A DNA stretch of 64,000 bases from Alphaproteobacteria bacterium (GCA_963666705.2 CAXXKO010000016.1:95300-159299); one strand, 5' to 3'. Shown: positions 47,208 to 57,288, counted from the stretch's first letter. Notes: generated by a model not told the origin, from the sequence alone. A program made the numbers and translations.

Positions 47208-48152
47208 GTGACGGCCGAGCCGAAATTCAAACGCGTGGCGCTGATCGGGCTCGGCCTCATCGGATCGTCGCTCGGCCGCGCGCTGCGCAAGCATTGCCTC
47301 GCCGAGGCCATCGTCGGCTGCGCCCGGTCCGAGGCCACGCGCGCGACCTCGATGTCACTGGGCTTCGTCGACGCGGTCTTCGCGGACCCGGCCGCGGCCG
47401 CGGCGGGCGCCGACCTCGTGGTCCTGTGTACGCCGCTCGGCGCTTACGCCGACATTGCCGCCGCCGTCGGCCCGGGCCTCGCGGCCGGCGCGATCCTGAC
47501 CGATGTGGGGTCGGCCAAGCAGTGCGTGATCCGGGACGTGGGCCCGCACATGCCGGATGGCGTCCATCTCGTGCCCGGGCACCCGGTGGCCGGCACCGAG
47601 CATTCGGGCCCGGAAGCGGGCTTCGCCGAGCTGTTCGAGGGCCGCTGGTGCATCCTGACGCCGCCGCCGGAGGCGCCGGAGCATGCCATCGAGGCGGTGG
47701 CCGCCATGTGGCGGCGCTGCGGCATGCGGATCGAGCGCATGGACCCCCAGCACCACGATTCCGTGCTCGCCATCACCTCGCACGTGCCCCACGTCATCGC
47801 CTATACCATCGTCGGCACCGCCCTCGGCCTCGCGGCCGAGAGCAAGTCCGAGGTGTTCAAGTTCGCGGCCGGCGGGTTCCGCGACTTCACCCGCATCGCC
47901 GGCTCCGACCCGGTGATGTGGCGCGACGTGCTGCTCAACAACCGCGAGGCCGTGCTCGAGATGCTGGGCCGCTTCACCGAGGACCTGGCGGCGCTTCAGC
48001 GCGCCATCCGCTGGGGCGAGGGCGAGCGCCTGCACGAGCTCTTCACCTCCACCCGGGAGATCCGCCGCGGCGTGGTCGAAGCCGGCCAGGCCGGCACCTT
48101 CATTCCGACGGAGGCAGGAACCAGGGGATCGGCGGAAGGGGAAGAAGGTTGA
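47208..48152 (+). CDS. tyrC: Prephenate/arogenate (cyclohexadienyl) dehydrogenase
   Basis: GLGLIGSS, TDVGSAK, GHPVAGTE, HDSVLAITSHVPH, GGFRDFTRIAGSDPVMWRD. Confidence 0.88.
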   Translation: MTAEPKFKRVALIGLGLIGSSLGRALRKHCLAEAIVGCARSEATRATSMSLGFVDAVFADPAAAAAGADLVVLCTPLGAYADIAAAVGPGLAAGAILTDVGSAKQCVIRDVGPHMPDGVHLVPGHPVAGTEHSGPEAGFAELFEGRWCILTPPPEAPEHAIEAVAAMWRRCGMRIERMDPQHHDSVLAITSHVPHVIAYTIVGTALGLAAESKSEVFKFAAGGFRDFTRIAGSDPVMWRDVLLNNREAVLEMLGRFTEDLAALQRAIRWGEGERLHELFTSTREIRRGVVEAGQAGTFIPTEAGTRGSAEGEEG

Positions 48153-49158
48153 GCGGGCCGATATGGAGGCGCCCCTCCTGCGCCGAGAGGGGGACCTCGA
48201 GATAGGGGGTGCCGCCCTCGGGCGGCAACCGCGCGATCAGCCCGAGCACGACCTTTGCCACCGCCGCCTCGCCCGCCTCGAGCGCGCCGCTGTCGGCGAG
48301 GGCGTCGAGGGTCTCGTCGTAGCCCTCGATGCGGCCCGTGAGCGCGCCGAGAGGCCGCATCTCGCCGTCGAGCGCGAGGGTGCCGGCGGCATCCGCCGCG
48401 AGCGGGCCCCAGGCGAGCCCGAAGCGGCGCACCTCGAGGGTGCCGCCCTCGTCGCGCCAGAAGGCGACGGCCTCGTGAAGCGGCCCCGGTGGCAACAGCC
48501 CCAATAGTGTCGCCTGCATCGAAAGAAGCTCGATCACGGGGCCGAGCGGGCTGTCCCGGACATCGGGCAGGCGCAGACCGGAAAGCTCGTAGCTGACATC
48601 GAGATTGGCCGTGCGGTGGTCCCAGCGCATTGGCCGGTGGACCGAGAAGGCCGCCCGCAGACGGCGTGCCTCGGCCAGCGGATCGCCCGCCTCGGGGGCA
48701 AGGCGCAAGTCGTCTATATCGAGGCCGAAGCGGTCGTGGTCGACGCCCCAGCCAAGCTCCCCCATAAGGCTGGCGTCGCCGGCCGTGACGAGGAGGGGGG
48801 ATGGCAGCCCCGGCCAGACGTGCTCGATCCGGTGCTGGCCGGGGACGTCGAGCGTGAAGCGGCCGAGGCTCCAGGGACGGGCCGCGAGCGTGGCCGGCGG
48901 ACCGCTCCACCGGAAGGCGCCCGTGTCCGGTTCAGCCGCGAAGATGGGCGCCGCGAAGCTGGCGGTAAGGCTGAACGGGTAGCCCGTGATGTCGATGCCG
49001 CCGAACGCGACCTCGTAGCCGTCCGCCCGCAGCGCCTCGGCCCAGCGCTCGATACCCTCGCGCAGCATGCTCGCGGCGTTGAACCAATAGCCCGTGTAGG
49101 CGCCCAGGACGCCGAGGAGAACGAGGATTCCGATAGCGCTCGTCTTGCGATTGGGCAT
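48100..49158 (-). CDS. DUF2125-type membrane-anchored protein
   Basis: N-terminal TM with YTGYWF, ITGYPF, WRDEGG, GTLALD..RPLG, HIGP; usual neighbour of tyrC and chaC. Confidence 0.75.
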   Translation of the reverse strand: MPNRKTSAIGILVLLGVLGAYTGYWFNAASMLREGIERWAEALRADGYEVAFGGIDITGYPFSLTASFAAPIFAAEPDTGAFRWSGPPATLAARPWSLGRFTLDVPGQHRIEHVWPGLPSPLLVTAGDASLMGELGWGVDHDRFGLDIDDLRLAPEAGDPLAEARRLRAAFSVHRPMRWDHRTANLDVSYELSGLRLPDVRDSPLGPVIELLSMQATLLGLLPPGPLHEAVAFWRDEGGTLEVRRFGLAWGPLAADAAGTLALDGEMRPLGALTGRIEGYDETLDALADSGALEAGEAAVAKVVLGLIARLPPEGGTPYLEVPLSAQEGRLHIGPLNLLPLPPIPWFLPPSE

Positions 49159-49230
49159 GAAGCCTTATAGAGCATATCCGACGGACGTGGAATTGCGCCG
49201 GCCCCACCGGGGCCGGCGGCATGGGGCGCC

Positions 49231-49767
49231 ATGGCGAAAGCGGGCGAGATCTGGATCTTCGGCTACGGCTCGCTGATGTGGAATCCGGGCTTCGAGCACC
49301 TGGAGGCGGTGCCCGCGCTCCTGCGCGGCTACCACCGCGACGTCTGCATCTATTCGCACCGGCACCGGGGCACGCCCGAGCGGCCCGGCCTCGTGCTCGG
49401 CCTGGCGCCCGGCGGGTCGTGCCGGGGCATGGCCTACCGGGTCGCGGGCACCCGCGCCCAGGCGGCGCTCGACTACCTCCACGAGCGCGAGACGGGCACC
49501 TATGCCTACGATGCGCGCTGGGTGCCCGTCACCGCCGGCGGGCGCCGCGTGCGCGCCCATACCTACGTGGCCGACGTGAGGCACGCGAACTTCGGCGGCA
49601 AGCAGCCGCCCGCCCGCGCCGCCGCGATCATCGCCACCGGACGCGGCGAGAGCGGGCGCAACATCGATTATCTCGAAAGCACCATCGGCCACCTGGCGGC
49701 CATGGGGTTCAGCGATGCCCGCCTCGGGCGGCTGCTGGCACTCGCGCGGGAGGTGGGCGGCGGCTGA
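49231..49767 (+). CDS. chaC: Gamma-glutamylcyclotransferase (ChaC-like)
   Basis: WIFGYGSLMWNPGF, HRGTPERPGLVLGL, YLHERE, GESGRNIDYL. Confidence 0.88.
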   Translation: MAKAGEIWIFGYGSLMWNPGFEHLEAVPALLRGYHRDVCIYSHRHRGTPERPGLVLGLAPGGSCRGMAYRVAGTRAQAALDYLHERETGTYAYDARWVPVTAGGRRVRAHTYVADVRHANFGGKQPPARAAAIIATGRGESGRNIDYLESTIGHLAAMGFSDARLGRLLALAREVGGG

Positions 49768-49780
49768 CCGGCATGCCGCC

Positions 49781-52700
49781 TCAGGCGCAGCGGGAATAGG
49801 TGCAGGCGGTGCAGACGTCGCAGCCCTCCTGGCGGATGAGGCCGGCCTGCCCGCATTTGGGGCATTGGCGCATGGGCGCGCCGCCAATGGCGCCGCGGCC
49901 GCCGGCGGCTGGGCCGGCCACCTGGGCCCCGGCCAGCTCCACCGCCCGCGCCGCGCGCGGGTCGGGCAGGAAGCCGCTTGTAATCATATGCTGCTCGATG
50001 ACCTCGCCGATGGCGGCGAGCAGGGAGGGCACGTACCTGCCGCCCATCCATTGGCCGCCGCGGGGGTCGAACACGGCCTTCAGCTCGTCGACCACGAAGG
50101 ACACGTCGCCACCGCGGCGGAAGACGGCGCTGATCATGCGCGTGAGGCCCACGGTCCAGGCGTAGTGCTCCATGTTCTTCGAGTTGATGAAGACCTCGAA
50201 GGGCCGGCGGCGGCCGTCCTGGATGATGTCGTTGAGGGTGATGTAGATGGCGTGGTCGGATTCGGGCCAGCGGATCTTGTAGGTCTGGCCGGGCAGGGCC
50301 TCGGGCCGGTCGAGGGGCTGGGTCATGTAGACGATGCCGCCCGCCTCGTAGACGTCCTCGTGGCGTGCCGGCGGGGCCTCGAGCGGCAGCTCGGCCTGGC
50401 CCGGCCCCGTCGGCTCGGCCTTCGGTTCGACCGACAGCACGGCCCCCGTCACATCGTTGGGGCGATAGGTGGTGCAGCCCTTGCAGCCTAGCTCGTAGGC
50501 CTGAATGTAGATGTCCTTGAAGGCGTTGAAGGCGATGTCGGCCGGCAGGTTGATGGTCTTGGAGATCGAGCTGTCCACGTGCTTCTGCACGGCCGCCTGC
50601 ATGACCACGTGGTCGGCGGGCAGAAGGGTCTGGGCGTCGACGAAGCTGTCGGGCAGGGGGGCCGCCTCGCCCTTCATGCGACGGAACAGGTGGTAGGCGT
50701 AGTCGGTGACCTCCTCCTCCCGCCGGCTGCCGTCGGGCATCAGCACGCTGCGGGTATAGGTGTAGCCGAACACCGGCTCCACGCCCGAGGAGACGTTGTT
50801 GGCGAAGAGCGAGATGGTGCCGGTGGGCGCGACCGAGGTCAGCAGGGCGTTGCGGATGCCGCTCTCGCGGATGGCCGCGCGCACGTCCTCGTCGAGGCCG
50901 GCTATGGTCTCGCCCGCGAGGTATTTCTCCGCGTCGTAGAGGGCGAAGGGGCCCTTCTCGGCGGCGAGCGCGGCCGAGGCCAGGTAGGCCGCGCGCTGGA
51001 TCGCCCCCATCCAGCCCTCGGTCAGCTCGATGGCCGGCTTGCTGCCGTAGCGCCCCCCGCACATGATGAGGGCATCGGCGAGGCCGGTCACGCCCAAACC
51101 CATGCGGCGCTTGGCGCGGGCCTCGTGGGCCTGCTCCTCGATGGGAAAGCGCGAGATGTCGATGGCGTTGTCGAGCATGCGGACGGCGAGCGGCACCAGC
51201 ACCTCGAGGCGCGCCATGTCGAGCCGCGCCGCCTCGGTGAACGGCTCGCGCACCAGGCTCGCGAGGTTGATCGACCCCAGGAGGCAGGCGCCGTAGGGCG
51301 GCAGTGGCTGCTCGCCACAATTGTGAACATGGAGGCCGTTGGCATCGAAGGCGTTGACCCCCGGCACGATCGCGTTGAACACGGCCTCGATGCCGCGCGG
51401 GATGAGGGATTCGACCCGGGCCGTGAACCGCTCCCGATCGAGGCGGCGGCGGTAGCCGCCGAGGAGCGTCCGCAGCCGGTGCGCCTTGTCGCCGTCAGCG
51501 TAACCGATCCGCCGCTGGAAACGGGTGAGGTTCTGACCGCTCAGGACCAGCTCATGGTTGGCCGCCGTGCGGTAGAGCCCGTGCCCGCCCCGGCCGTCGG
51601 GCATCGGGCGCAGCCCCGCCGGGCGGCGCTCGCGGTAGATGCGGCTCGCCATGCCGAGGCGCAACAGCATACGCTGGGCGGCTTCCAGCAAGCCCAGGTC
51701 GCTCCGCGCCAGGCGCACGCTGACGCCCTTGGCCTGGGTGCCTTGGACACTGCCGTCGGCATCGAAGAGGCCGCGCAGGAAGCCGCGATGGAAATCACTC
51801 GAAGCGCGCTCGACCGCCGGCGTGATCGTCTTGCGGCCGGGCGCCATGCCGAGGTCGTGGGCGAGGCGTTTGATCCCGCCCAGCGCCAGGCGGTACTCGC
51901 CCCGCCCCGACACTGGGATCCAGCCCGTGAAATCCGCTCGGTGCGGCAGGGCCCGAGCGGCCTCGAGCGCCCGGTCCATCACCGCCAGCACGCCAGGCCG
52001 CGCGGCGCCGCCGTTGACCGCCAGTGCCCCGGGCCAGGCCGAGAGCACGGCCTTGTCGGCCTTGAGGGTGCCGTCGCCGACGAGGAGGCCGAGGAGATAG
52101 CCCTCGCCCTCACTGTGGGGGCCGCGCCAGCCGATCGCATCCCCGTGGTCGTGGACGATGACTTCATCCCCGGGTGTCAGGCGCCCCGCCGCAACCCACT
52201 CCGTATCCAGGGAATCGCGGGTCTTGCGGGTCACGCGGCGCACCCTGTGATCGGCGGTGAGACGCAGCCGGTAGCCTTCGCGGGTCGCGAGGTCGAACAC
52301 CGGCTTGTGCCCGGTGGCGAAGAAACCGGCGTCGCCCGAGGCATGCGCGCGGCCATCGATCGAAGCCGTGAACGGGCGCCCGACCAGATCGCGCACTTGC
52401 CGCGGTCCATCGGTCGTCTGCACCCAGGCGTCCGCGGTGATGCAGGGATTGGTGGCGCTGATCTCCTCGCAATACCACAGGTTGTTGCGGCGGTTGATAC
52501 GGTCGATGAAGATCACGCCGGGCTCGGCGTAGGCATAGGTGGCCCGCATGATGGCGTCCCACAGCTCGCGCGCGGGCAGGACCTTGTAGCAGGTGCCGCC
52601 GAAGGCGAGCTCCCAGGGCGCGTCCTCCTTGACCGCCGTCATGAAGGCGTCGGTGACCAGGACCGAGAGGTTGAACATGCGCAGGCGCCCGGGCTCGTGC

Positions 52701-53242
52701 TTGGCCGCGACGAAGGCCTCGATATCCGGGTGGTCGCAGCGTAGCGTCGCCATCATGGCGCCGCGGCGGTGGCCCGCGCTCATGATCGTGCGGCACATGG
52801 CGTCCCACACGTCCATGAAGCTGAGGGGGCCGGAGGCGTCGGCGCCGACCCCCTTCACCGGCGCGCCCTTGGGCCGCAAGGTCGAGAAATCGTAGCCGAT
52901 GCCCCCACCTTGCTGCATGGTCAGGGCGGCTTCCTTGAGATGGGTGAAGATGCCGCCCATGTCGTCCGGGATCGCGCCCATGACGAAGCAGTTGAAGAGG
53001 GTGACGTTGCGGTCCGTGCCGGCGCCGGCGACGATGCGGCCCGCGGGCAGGAGCTCGAAACCCGTGAGCGCGCCGCGAAAGCGCTCCTCCCACGCCGCCG
53101 GGTCCGCCTCGGGCGCGGCCAGCGCGGCCGCGACGCGGCGCCAGGTCTCCTCGACCGTCTTGTCCACGGGCGCGCCGTCCGCCGCCTTGAGGCGGTATTT
53201 CATATCCCAGATCTGCTGCGAGATGCTGGCCAGGGTGGTCAA
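49781..53242 (-). CDS. nrdJ: Class II adenosylcobalamin-dependent ribonucleotide reductase with intein, C-terminal TSCPD-like domain and Zn ribbon
   Basis: PAGRI, TLFNCFV, GGGIG, TNP|CGEQPL, ACLLGSINL, APTGTIS, SISKTIN, KGCTTYR, CPKC..CTAC; TTG start after GGAG. Confidence 0.93.
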   Translation of the reverse strand: MTTLASISQQIWDMKYRLKAADGAPVDKTVEETWRRVAAALAAPEADPAAWEERFRGALTGFELLPAGRIVAGAGTDRNVTLFNCFVMGAIPDDMGGIFTHLKEAALTMQQGGGIGYDFSTLRPKGAPVKGVGADASGPLSFMDVWDAMCRTIMSAGHRRGAMMATLRCDHPDIEAFVAAKHEPGRLRMFNLSVLVTDAFMTAVKEDAPWELAFGGTCYKVLPARELWDAIMRATYAYAEPGVIFIDRINRRNNLWYCEEISATNPCITADAWVQTTDGPRQVRDLVGRPFTASIDGRAHASGDAGFFATGHKPVFDLATREGYRLRLTADHRVRRVTRKTRDSLDTEWVAAGRLTPGDEVIVHDHGDAIGWRGPHSEGEGYLLGLLVGDGTLKADKAVLSAWPGALAVNGGAARPGVLAVMDRALEAARALPHRADFTGWIPVSGRGEYRLALGGIKRLAHDLGMAPGRKTITPAVERASSDFHRGFLRGLFDADGSVQGTQAKGVSVRLARSDLGLLEAAQRMLLRLGMASRIYRERRPAGLRPMPDGRGGHGLYRTAANHELVLSGQNLTRFQRRIGYADGDKAHRLRTLLGGYRRRLDRERFTARVESLIPRGIEAVFNAIVPGVNAFDANGLHVHNCGEQPLPPYGACLLGSINLASLVREPFTEAARLDMARLEVLVPLAVRMLDNAIDISRFPIEEQAHEARAKRRMGLGVTGLADALIMCGGRYGSKPAIELTEGWMGAIQRAAYLASAALAAEKGPFALYDAEKYLAGETIAGLDEDVRAAIRESGIRNALLTSVAPTGTISLFANNVSSGVEPVFGYTYTRSVLMPDGSRREEEVTDYAYHLFRRMKGEAAPLPDSFVDAQTLLPADHVVMQAAVQKHVDSSISKTINLPADIAFNAFKDIYIQAYELGCKGCTTYRPNDVTGAVLSVEPKAEPTGPGQAELPLEAPPARHEDVYEAGGIVYMTQPLDRPEALPGQTYKIRWPESDHAIYITLNDIIQDGRRRPFEVFINSKNMEHYAWTVGLTRMISAVFRRGGDVSFVVDELKAVFDPRGGQWMGGRYVPSLLAAIGEVIEQHMITSGFLPDPRAARAVELAGAQVAGPAAGGRGAIGGAPMRQCPKCGQAGLIRQEGCDVCTACTYSRCA
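51320..52444 (-). mobile_element. Intein with LAGLIDADG homing endonuclease (375 aa)
   Basis: Starts CITADAWV, block B LRLTADH, YLLGLLVGDG and FLRGLFDADG, ends GLHVHN before the Cys of CGEQPL. Confidence 0.93.
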
Positions 53243-53340
53243 GGCGGTCTCCAAGTGAACGGGCATGCGCCCGGGGCCGCACCGGAATGGGCCGTGCACG
53301 ACCGACTATTTTAAGGGCCGGATCGGGGTTGGTCAACGAT

Positions 53341-53472
53341 ATGTTCTTGAAATGTTTTGTGCCGCGCGGCCGTATCCGCGGCCTTGGCTTCGTGTTTCGC
53401 TCGAGCGCCGCTCAGGCACTTCTATCTCGCTCGAGCGCCGTTCAGGCTGGCCTCCCATAAGCTCGGGCGCGC
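53341..53472 (-). repeat. MITE family 1 internal module (2 units), no terminal repeats
   Basis: Reverse complement reads GCGCCCGAGCTTATGGGAGGCCAGCC...2 units...AAGCCAAGGCCGCGGATACGGCCGC. Confidence 0.7.
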
Positions 53473-53481
53473 AGTCCGGCC

Positions 53482-54081
53482 TCAGTCCTTGCCGCCCACC
53501 TTGCCGAGCGCCTCGAGCTGCTTTTGCAGTGCGTCGATCTTGTCCTGAAGCTCGTCGAAGCGGTCACCCTCCGTCGCCGCCGGCTCGGCCTTCGCCGCCG
53601 GCTCGGCCTTCGCGCCGGCCCCACCGGGCGCGAACATCTTCATGGCCTGCTCCATCACGGCCATGTTGTGCTTGCCGAGCTCGTCGACCTGGTTGAAAGG
53701 GAACATGCCGCCGAAGGTGCTCTGCACGTACTGGCGCATCCGCTCCTGGTTCTGGTTGAAGGCGTTCATGCTTTCCTCGAGGTAGCGCGGCAGCAGGTCC
53801 TGGAGGCTGTCGCCGTAGAAACCGATGAGCTGGCGCAAAAAGCCGATGGGCAACAGGTTCTGGCCCTTGCCCTCCTCCTCGACGATGATCTGGGTGAGGA
53901 CGGCGCGGGTGATGTCCTCGCCCGTCTTGGCGTCGTGGACCGTGAACTCGATGCCTTCCTTCACCATCCCGCACAAATCGTCGAGCGTCACATAGCTGCT
54001 GGTCGCCGTGTTGTAGAGCCGCCGGTTGGCGTACTTCTTGATGGTGATCGGCTCGTCCGCCGGGACCTGTTTGCGGGCCAT
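53482..54081 (-). CDS. phaR: Polyhydroxyalkanoate synthesis repressor
   Basis: ITIKKYANRRLYNTATSSYVTL, DAKTGEDITRAVLTQII, LLPIGFLRQLI. Confidence 0.95.
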   Translation of the reverse strand: MARKQVPADEPITIKKYANRRLYNTATSSYVTLDDLCGMVKEGIEFTVHDAKTGEDITRAVLTQIIVEEEGKGQNLLPIGFLRQLIGFYGDSLQDLLPRYLEESMNAFNQNQERMRQYVQSTFGGMFPFNQVDELGKHNMAVMEQAMKMFAPGGAGAKAEPAAKAEPAATEGDRFDELQDKIDALQKQLEALGKVGGKD

Positions 54082-54140
54082 GAATCTCCGCCGCGGCTGG
54101 ATATTGGAAAGCAATACCCGCAACCATCCACCGGATGTGT

Positions 54141-54174
54141 TGCAATGCGCAAGACCTTTTTTTGCACTGCACGT
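54141..54174. promoter_or_regulatory. Two putative PhaR boxes upstream of phaR
   Basis: TGCAATGCGCAA (54141-54152) and TGCACTGCACGT (54163-54174). Confidence 0.6.
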
Positions 54175-54251
54175 AAGGCACCAGTGGAGCACCCGCCCGG
54201 TGTGAGTAGCCTCCGAAAAGCCGATCTTCGGATCGACGGCAAGCCCGATCA

Positions 54252-54338
54252 CGCGCCCGAGCGAATAGCGAAGCCAGCCTTAGCGGCGCTTGAGCGTCAT
54301 AAAGCGCCTTAGCGGCGCTTGAGCAATATAAAAGTGCC
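54252..54338 (+). repeat. MITE family 1 internal module, partial (2 units)
   Basis: GCGCCCGAGC...GCCAGCCTTAGCGGCGCTTGAGC-GTCATAAAGC-GCCTTAGCGGCGCTTGAGC-AATATAAAAGTGCC. Confidence 0.7.
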
Positions 54339-54352
54339 CCTATACTCGGGCC

Positions 54353-54775
54353 ATGTCCGAGCCGCCGGATCTCGAAAGCCTGGCCCGCCGCTACCTCGAC
54401 CTCTGGCAGGAATACCTCGCGGCGGCCGCGGGCGACCCGCGGGCGGGCGAGGCCCTGGTCGCGTCGCTCGCGCAGCTGGGCGCGGCGCGGGACACGTTCC
54501 TCCCCGCCATGTTGGCGGGGCTCACGCCGCGAACGGGGGAGGCCGCGGGTGGCGAGCATGGAAGCGGGCCAAGCCAGTCGGCACCGGCCGCCGGACATGG
54601 TGGACCGCGCCCTGGCGCCCCGTCCGCTGCCCCTCCATCTGGCGATGGCGTTCGCGACCTGGACGAGCTCCATCGCCGCCTGGCCGGGGTCGAGGAGCGG
54701 CTGGCTGGCCTCGAACGGGGATCCGGCGGCGGCGCGAAGCGCGCTGGGAAAAGCCCTCGAAAGTGTCCCGGCTGA
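54353..54775 (+). CDS. Hypothetical protein upstream of the PhaC-like gene
   Basis: LARRYLDLWQE N-terminus and coiled-coil LHRRLAGVEERLAGLE C-terminus, reminiscent of PhaE-like partners. Confidence 0.6.
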   Translation: MSEPPDLESLARRYLDLWQEYLAAAAGDPRAGEALVASLAQLGAARDTFLPAMLAGLTPRTGEAAGGEHGSGPSQSAPAAGHGGPRPGAPSAAPPSGDGVRDLDELHRRLAGVEERLAGLERGSGGGAKRAGKSPRKCPG

Positions 54776-55820
54776 GGCCTTCGCGCGGGCGCTGTCGGAC
54801 GAAGCCGCCCGGCGCGCCGAAGCCCTGCTCGCCGGCCTCGAAGCCTACCGCCGCCACCCCTACCGCCGCGCGCTTCAGGACCCACCGTCGATCTGGGCCG
54901 AGGGCGCGAGCCGCCTCCTCGATTACGGCCAATGCGGCGCCGGGGCGGCCGGCGGCCGGCCGGTGCTGGTCGTGCCCTCCCTGGTCAACCGCGGCTACGT
55001 CCTCGACCTCTCGGAGGGCCAGAGCCTCCTGCGCTGGCTCGCGGCGCGCGGCCTCCGGCCGATGCTCGTCGACTGGGGCCGGCCGGGCGCGGAAGAGCGC
55101 GGCCTCGGCCTCGACGATCTTATCGCCGGCCGGCTCGCCCGCGCCCTCGACGCAGCGCGCGCGGCGACCGGGGCGGCGCCGCTCGTCCTCCGCTACTGCA
55201 TGGGCGGGCTCCTGGCCCTGGCCCTCGCGGCGCTCCGCCCGCGGGACGTGGCCGGCCTCGCCCTCCTGGCCACGCCGTGGGACTTCCACGCGGGTGGCGA
55301 GGCGGCCCAGGCGCGCAGGCTCGCGGCCTCGGTTCTGCCGTTCTGGCCCCTGTTCGACGCCCTTGGCGAGATGCCGGTCGACGCCATCCAGGCCCTCTTC
55401 GCCCGCCTCGACCCCTATCTCGCGGTGCGCAAGTTCACTGCTTTCTCGGCCCTCGACCCCACCTCGCCCAAGGCGCGGGCCTTCGTCGCGCTCGAGGACT
55501 GGCTCAACGACGGCGTGGCCCTCCCCGCCCCCCTGGCGCGGGCCTGCATCGACGGCTGGTATGGCGAGAATCTGCCGGGGCGTGGGGCCTGGCGCGTGGC
55601 CGGGCAGGCCATCGAAGTGGCCCGCATCGACCTCCCGGCCCTGGTGGTCATCCCGGCCCGAGACCGTATCGTGCCGCCGGCCTCGGCCGAGGCGCTGGCC
55701 GCGGCGCTGCCGCGTGCCGCCGTGCGCCGCGTGCCCCTGGGCCATATCGGCATGATCGTCGGCGGCCGGGCGCGGCGTTCGCTCTGGGCCCCGCTCGCCA
55801 CCTGGCTCGGAAAGGCTTGA
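54597..55820 (+). CDS. Alpha/beta hydrolase, PHA synthase (PhaC)-like
   Basis: VPSLVNRGYVLDL, LVDWG, (R)YCMGG nucleophile box, EDWLNDG, DRIVP, GHIG; start uncertain. Confidence 0.8.
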   Translation: MVDRALAPRPLPLHLAMAFATWTSSIAAWPGSRSGWLASNGDPAAARSALGKALESVPAEAFARALSDEAARRAEALLAGLEAYRRHPYRRALQDPPSIWAEGASRLLDYGQCGAGAAGGRPVLVVPSLVNRGYVLDLSEGQSLLRWLAARGLRPMLVDWGRPGAEERGLGLDDLIAGRLARALDAARAATGAAPLVLRYCMGGLLALALAALRPRDVAGLALLATPWDFHAGGEAAQARRLAASVLPFWPLFDALGEMPVDAIQALFARLDPYLAVRKFTAFSALDPTSPKARAFVALEDWLNDGVALPAPLARACIDGWYGENLPGRGAWRVAGQAIEVARIDLPALVVIPARDRIVPPASAEALAAALPRAAVRRVPLGHIGMIVGGRARRSLWAPLATWLGKA

Positions 55821-55825
55821 ATGAA

Positions 55826-55842
55826 ATATTGCAGTGCAATAT
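55826..55842. promoter_or_regulatory. Putative PhaR box upstream of phaA
   Basis: Palindromic ATATTGCAGTGCAATAT. Confidence 0.6.
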
Positions 55843-55950
55843 ATCATTCGGGCGCCTCCCCGAGCGCCAGGAGTCGTACGGCGAAATTCCTTCCCACGCG
55901 CGAGACGCGCTCGGGGCACCGCCCCGAACCCACTGATAAGGAGCCATGCC

Positions 55951-57126
55951 TTGACCGAGATCGTGATCGCCGGCGCCGCGCGGACGGCCGTTGGGGCCTT
56001 CGGCGGCGGACTGAGCTCCCTGCCCGCCTCCCTATTGGGCCAAGCCGCCATCACCGAGGCCATGCGCCGGGCGGGCGTCGAGGGGGATGATGTCTCGGAG
56101 GTCATCCTGGGTCAGATCCTGACCGCGGGCATGGGCCAGAACCCGGCCCGCCAGGCGGCCATCGGCGCCGGCATCCCGGTCGAGAAGACGGCCTACGGGG
56201 TCAACCAGCTCTGCGGCTCGGGCCTGCGCACGGTGGCGCTCGGCTACCAGGCGATCCGCGTCGGCGACAGCACGATCGTGGTCGCCGGCGGTCAGGAGAG
56301 CATGAGCCAGGCGCCCCACGTCGCGCACCTGCGCGACGGCGCCAAGATGGGCGACGTGACGTTCGTCGATTCGATGATCGTGGATGGGCTGTGGGACGCC
56401 TTCAACGGCTACCACATGGGCAACACGGCCGAGAACGTCGCCGGCAAGTACCAGATCACGCGCGAGGAGCAGGACGCCTTCGCCGCCGCCTCCCAGGCCA
56501 AGGCCGAGGCGGCCCAGAAGGCCGAGCGCTTCGCCGACGAGATCGTCCCGGTGACCATCAAGACCCGCAAGGGTGAGGTGGTGGTGGATACGGACGAGCA
56601 TCCCCGCCACGGCACCACCCTCGAGGCGCTGGCCAAGCTCCGCCCCGCCTTCGACAAGGACGGCACGGTGACGGCCGGCAACGCATCGGGCATCAACGAC
56701 GGCGCCGCCGCCGCCGTCCTCATGACGGCCGAGGAGGCCGCGCGGCGCAAGATCGAGCCGCTCGCGCGCATCGTCTCCTGGGCGACGGCGGGCGTCGATC
56801 CCGCGATCATGGGGACGGGGCCCATCCCGGCGAGCCGCGCGGCCCTGGCCAAGGCGGGCTGGGCGGCCGGCGACCTCGACCTCATCGAGGCCAACGAGGC
56901 CTTCGCCGCCCAGGCCTGCGCCGTCAACAAGGACCTCGGCTGGGACACGGCGAAGGTCAACGTGAACGGCGGCGCCATTGCGCTCGGTCACCCCATCGGC
57001 GCCTCGGGTGCGCGGGTGCTGGTGACCCTCCTCCATGAGATGGCGAGGCGCGACGCCAAGAAGGGCCTCGCCACCTTGTGCATCGGCGGCGGCATGGGCA
57101 TCGCCATGTGCCTCGCGCGCGACTAG
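55951..57126 (+). CDS. phaA: Acetyl-CoA acetyltransferase (beta-ketothiolase)
   Basis: [44 protein letters not shown]; TTG start after AAGGAG. Confidence 0.93.
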   Translation: MTEIVIAGAARTAVGAFGGGLSSLPASLLGQAAITEAMRRAGVEGDDVSEVILGQILTAGMGQNPARQAAIGAGIPVEKTAYGVNQLCGSGLRTVALGYQAIRVGDSTIVVAGGQESMSQAPHVAHLRDGAKMGDVTFVDSMIVDGLWDAFNGYHMGNTAENVAGKYQITREEQDAFAAASQAKAEAAQKAERFADEIVPVTIKTRKGEVVVDTDEHPRHGTTLEALAKLRPAFDKDGTVTAGNASGINDGAAAAVLMTAEEAARRKIEPLARIVSWATAGVDPAIMGTGPIPASRAALAKAGWAAGDLDLIEANEAFAAQACAVNKDLGWDTAKVNVNGGAIALGHPIGASGARVLVTLLHEMARRDAKKGLATLCIGGGMGIAMCLARD

Positions 57127-57140
57127 GCGGGATCGGGGCA

Positions 57141-57276
57141 CTGGAGCGCTTCCAGCTCGACTGGAATCGCTCCAGGCCGCAAGGCGGCCCGCCGGTCGCC
57201 CGGCGCGCCCGCGCAGGCGCGGACCACCCGGTCCGCTGCCGCGAGCGACGAGAAGCGAGAGCGGGAACCGCTAGAG
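57141..57276. repeat. RIME-like repeat, single unit between phaA and phaB
   Basis: Same unit as 18812-19174. Confidence 0.8.
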
Positions 57277-57288
57277 GGAGTGGGCGAT

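Noticed and set aside
53243-53345. Cobalamin riboswitch or NrdR box upstream of nrdJ
   Set aside because: Too short for a B12 riboswitch; the only NrdR-like word is weak and overlaps the repeat module
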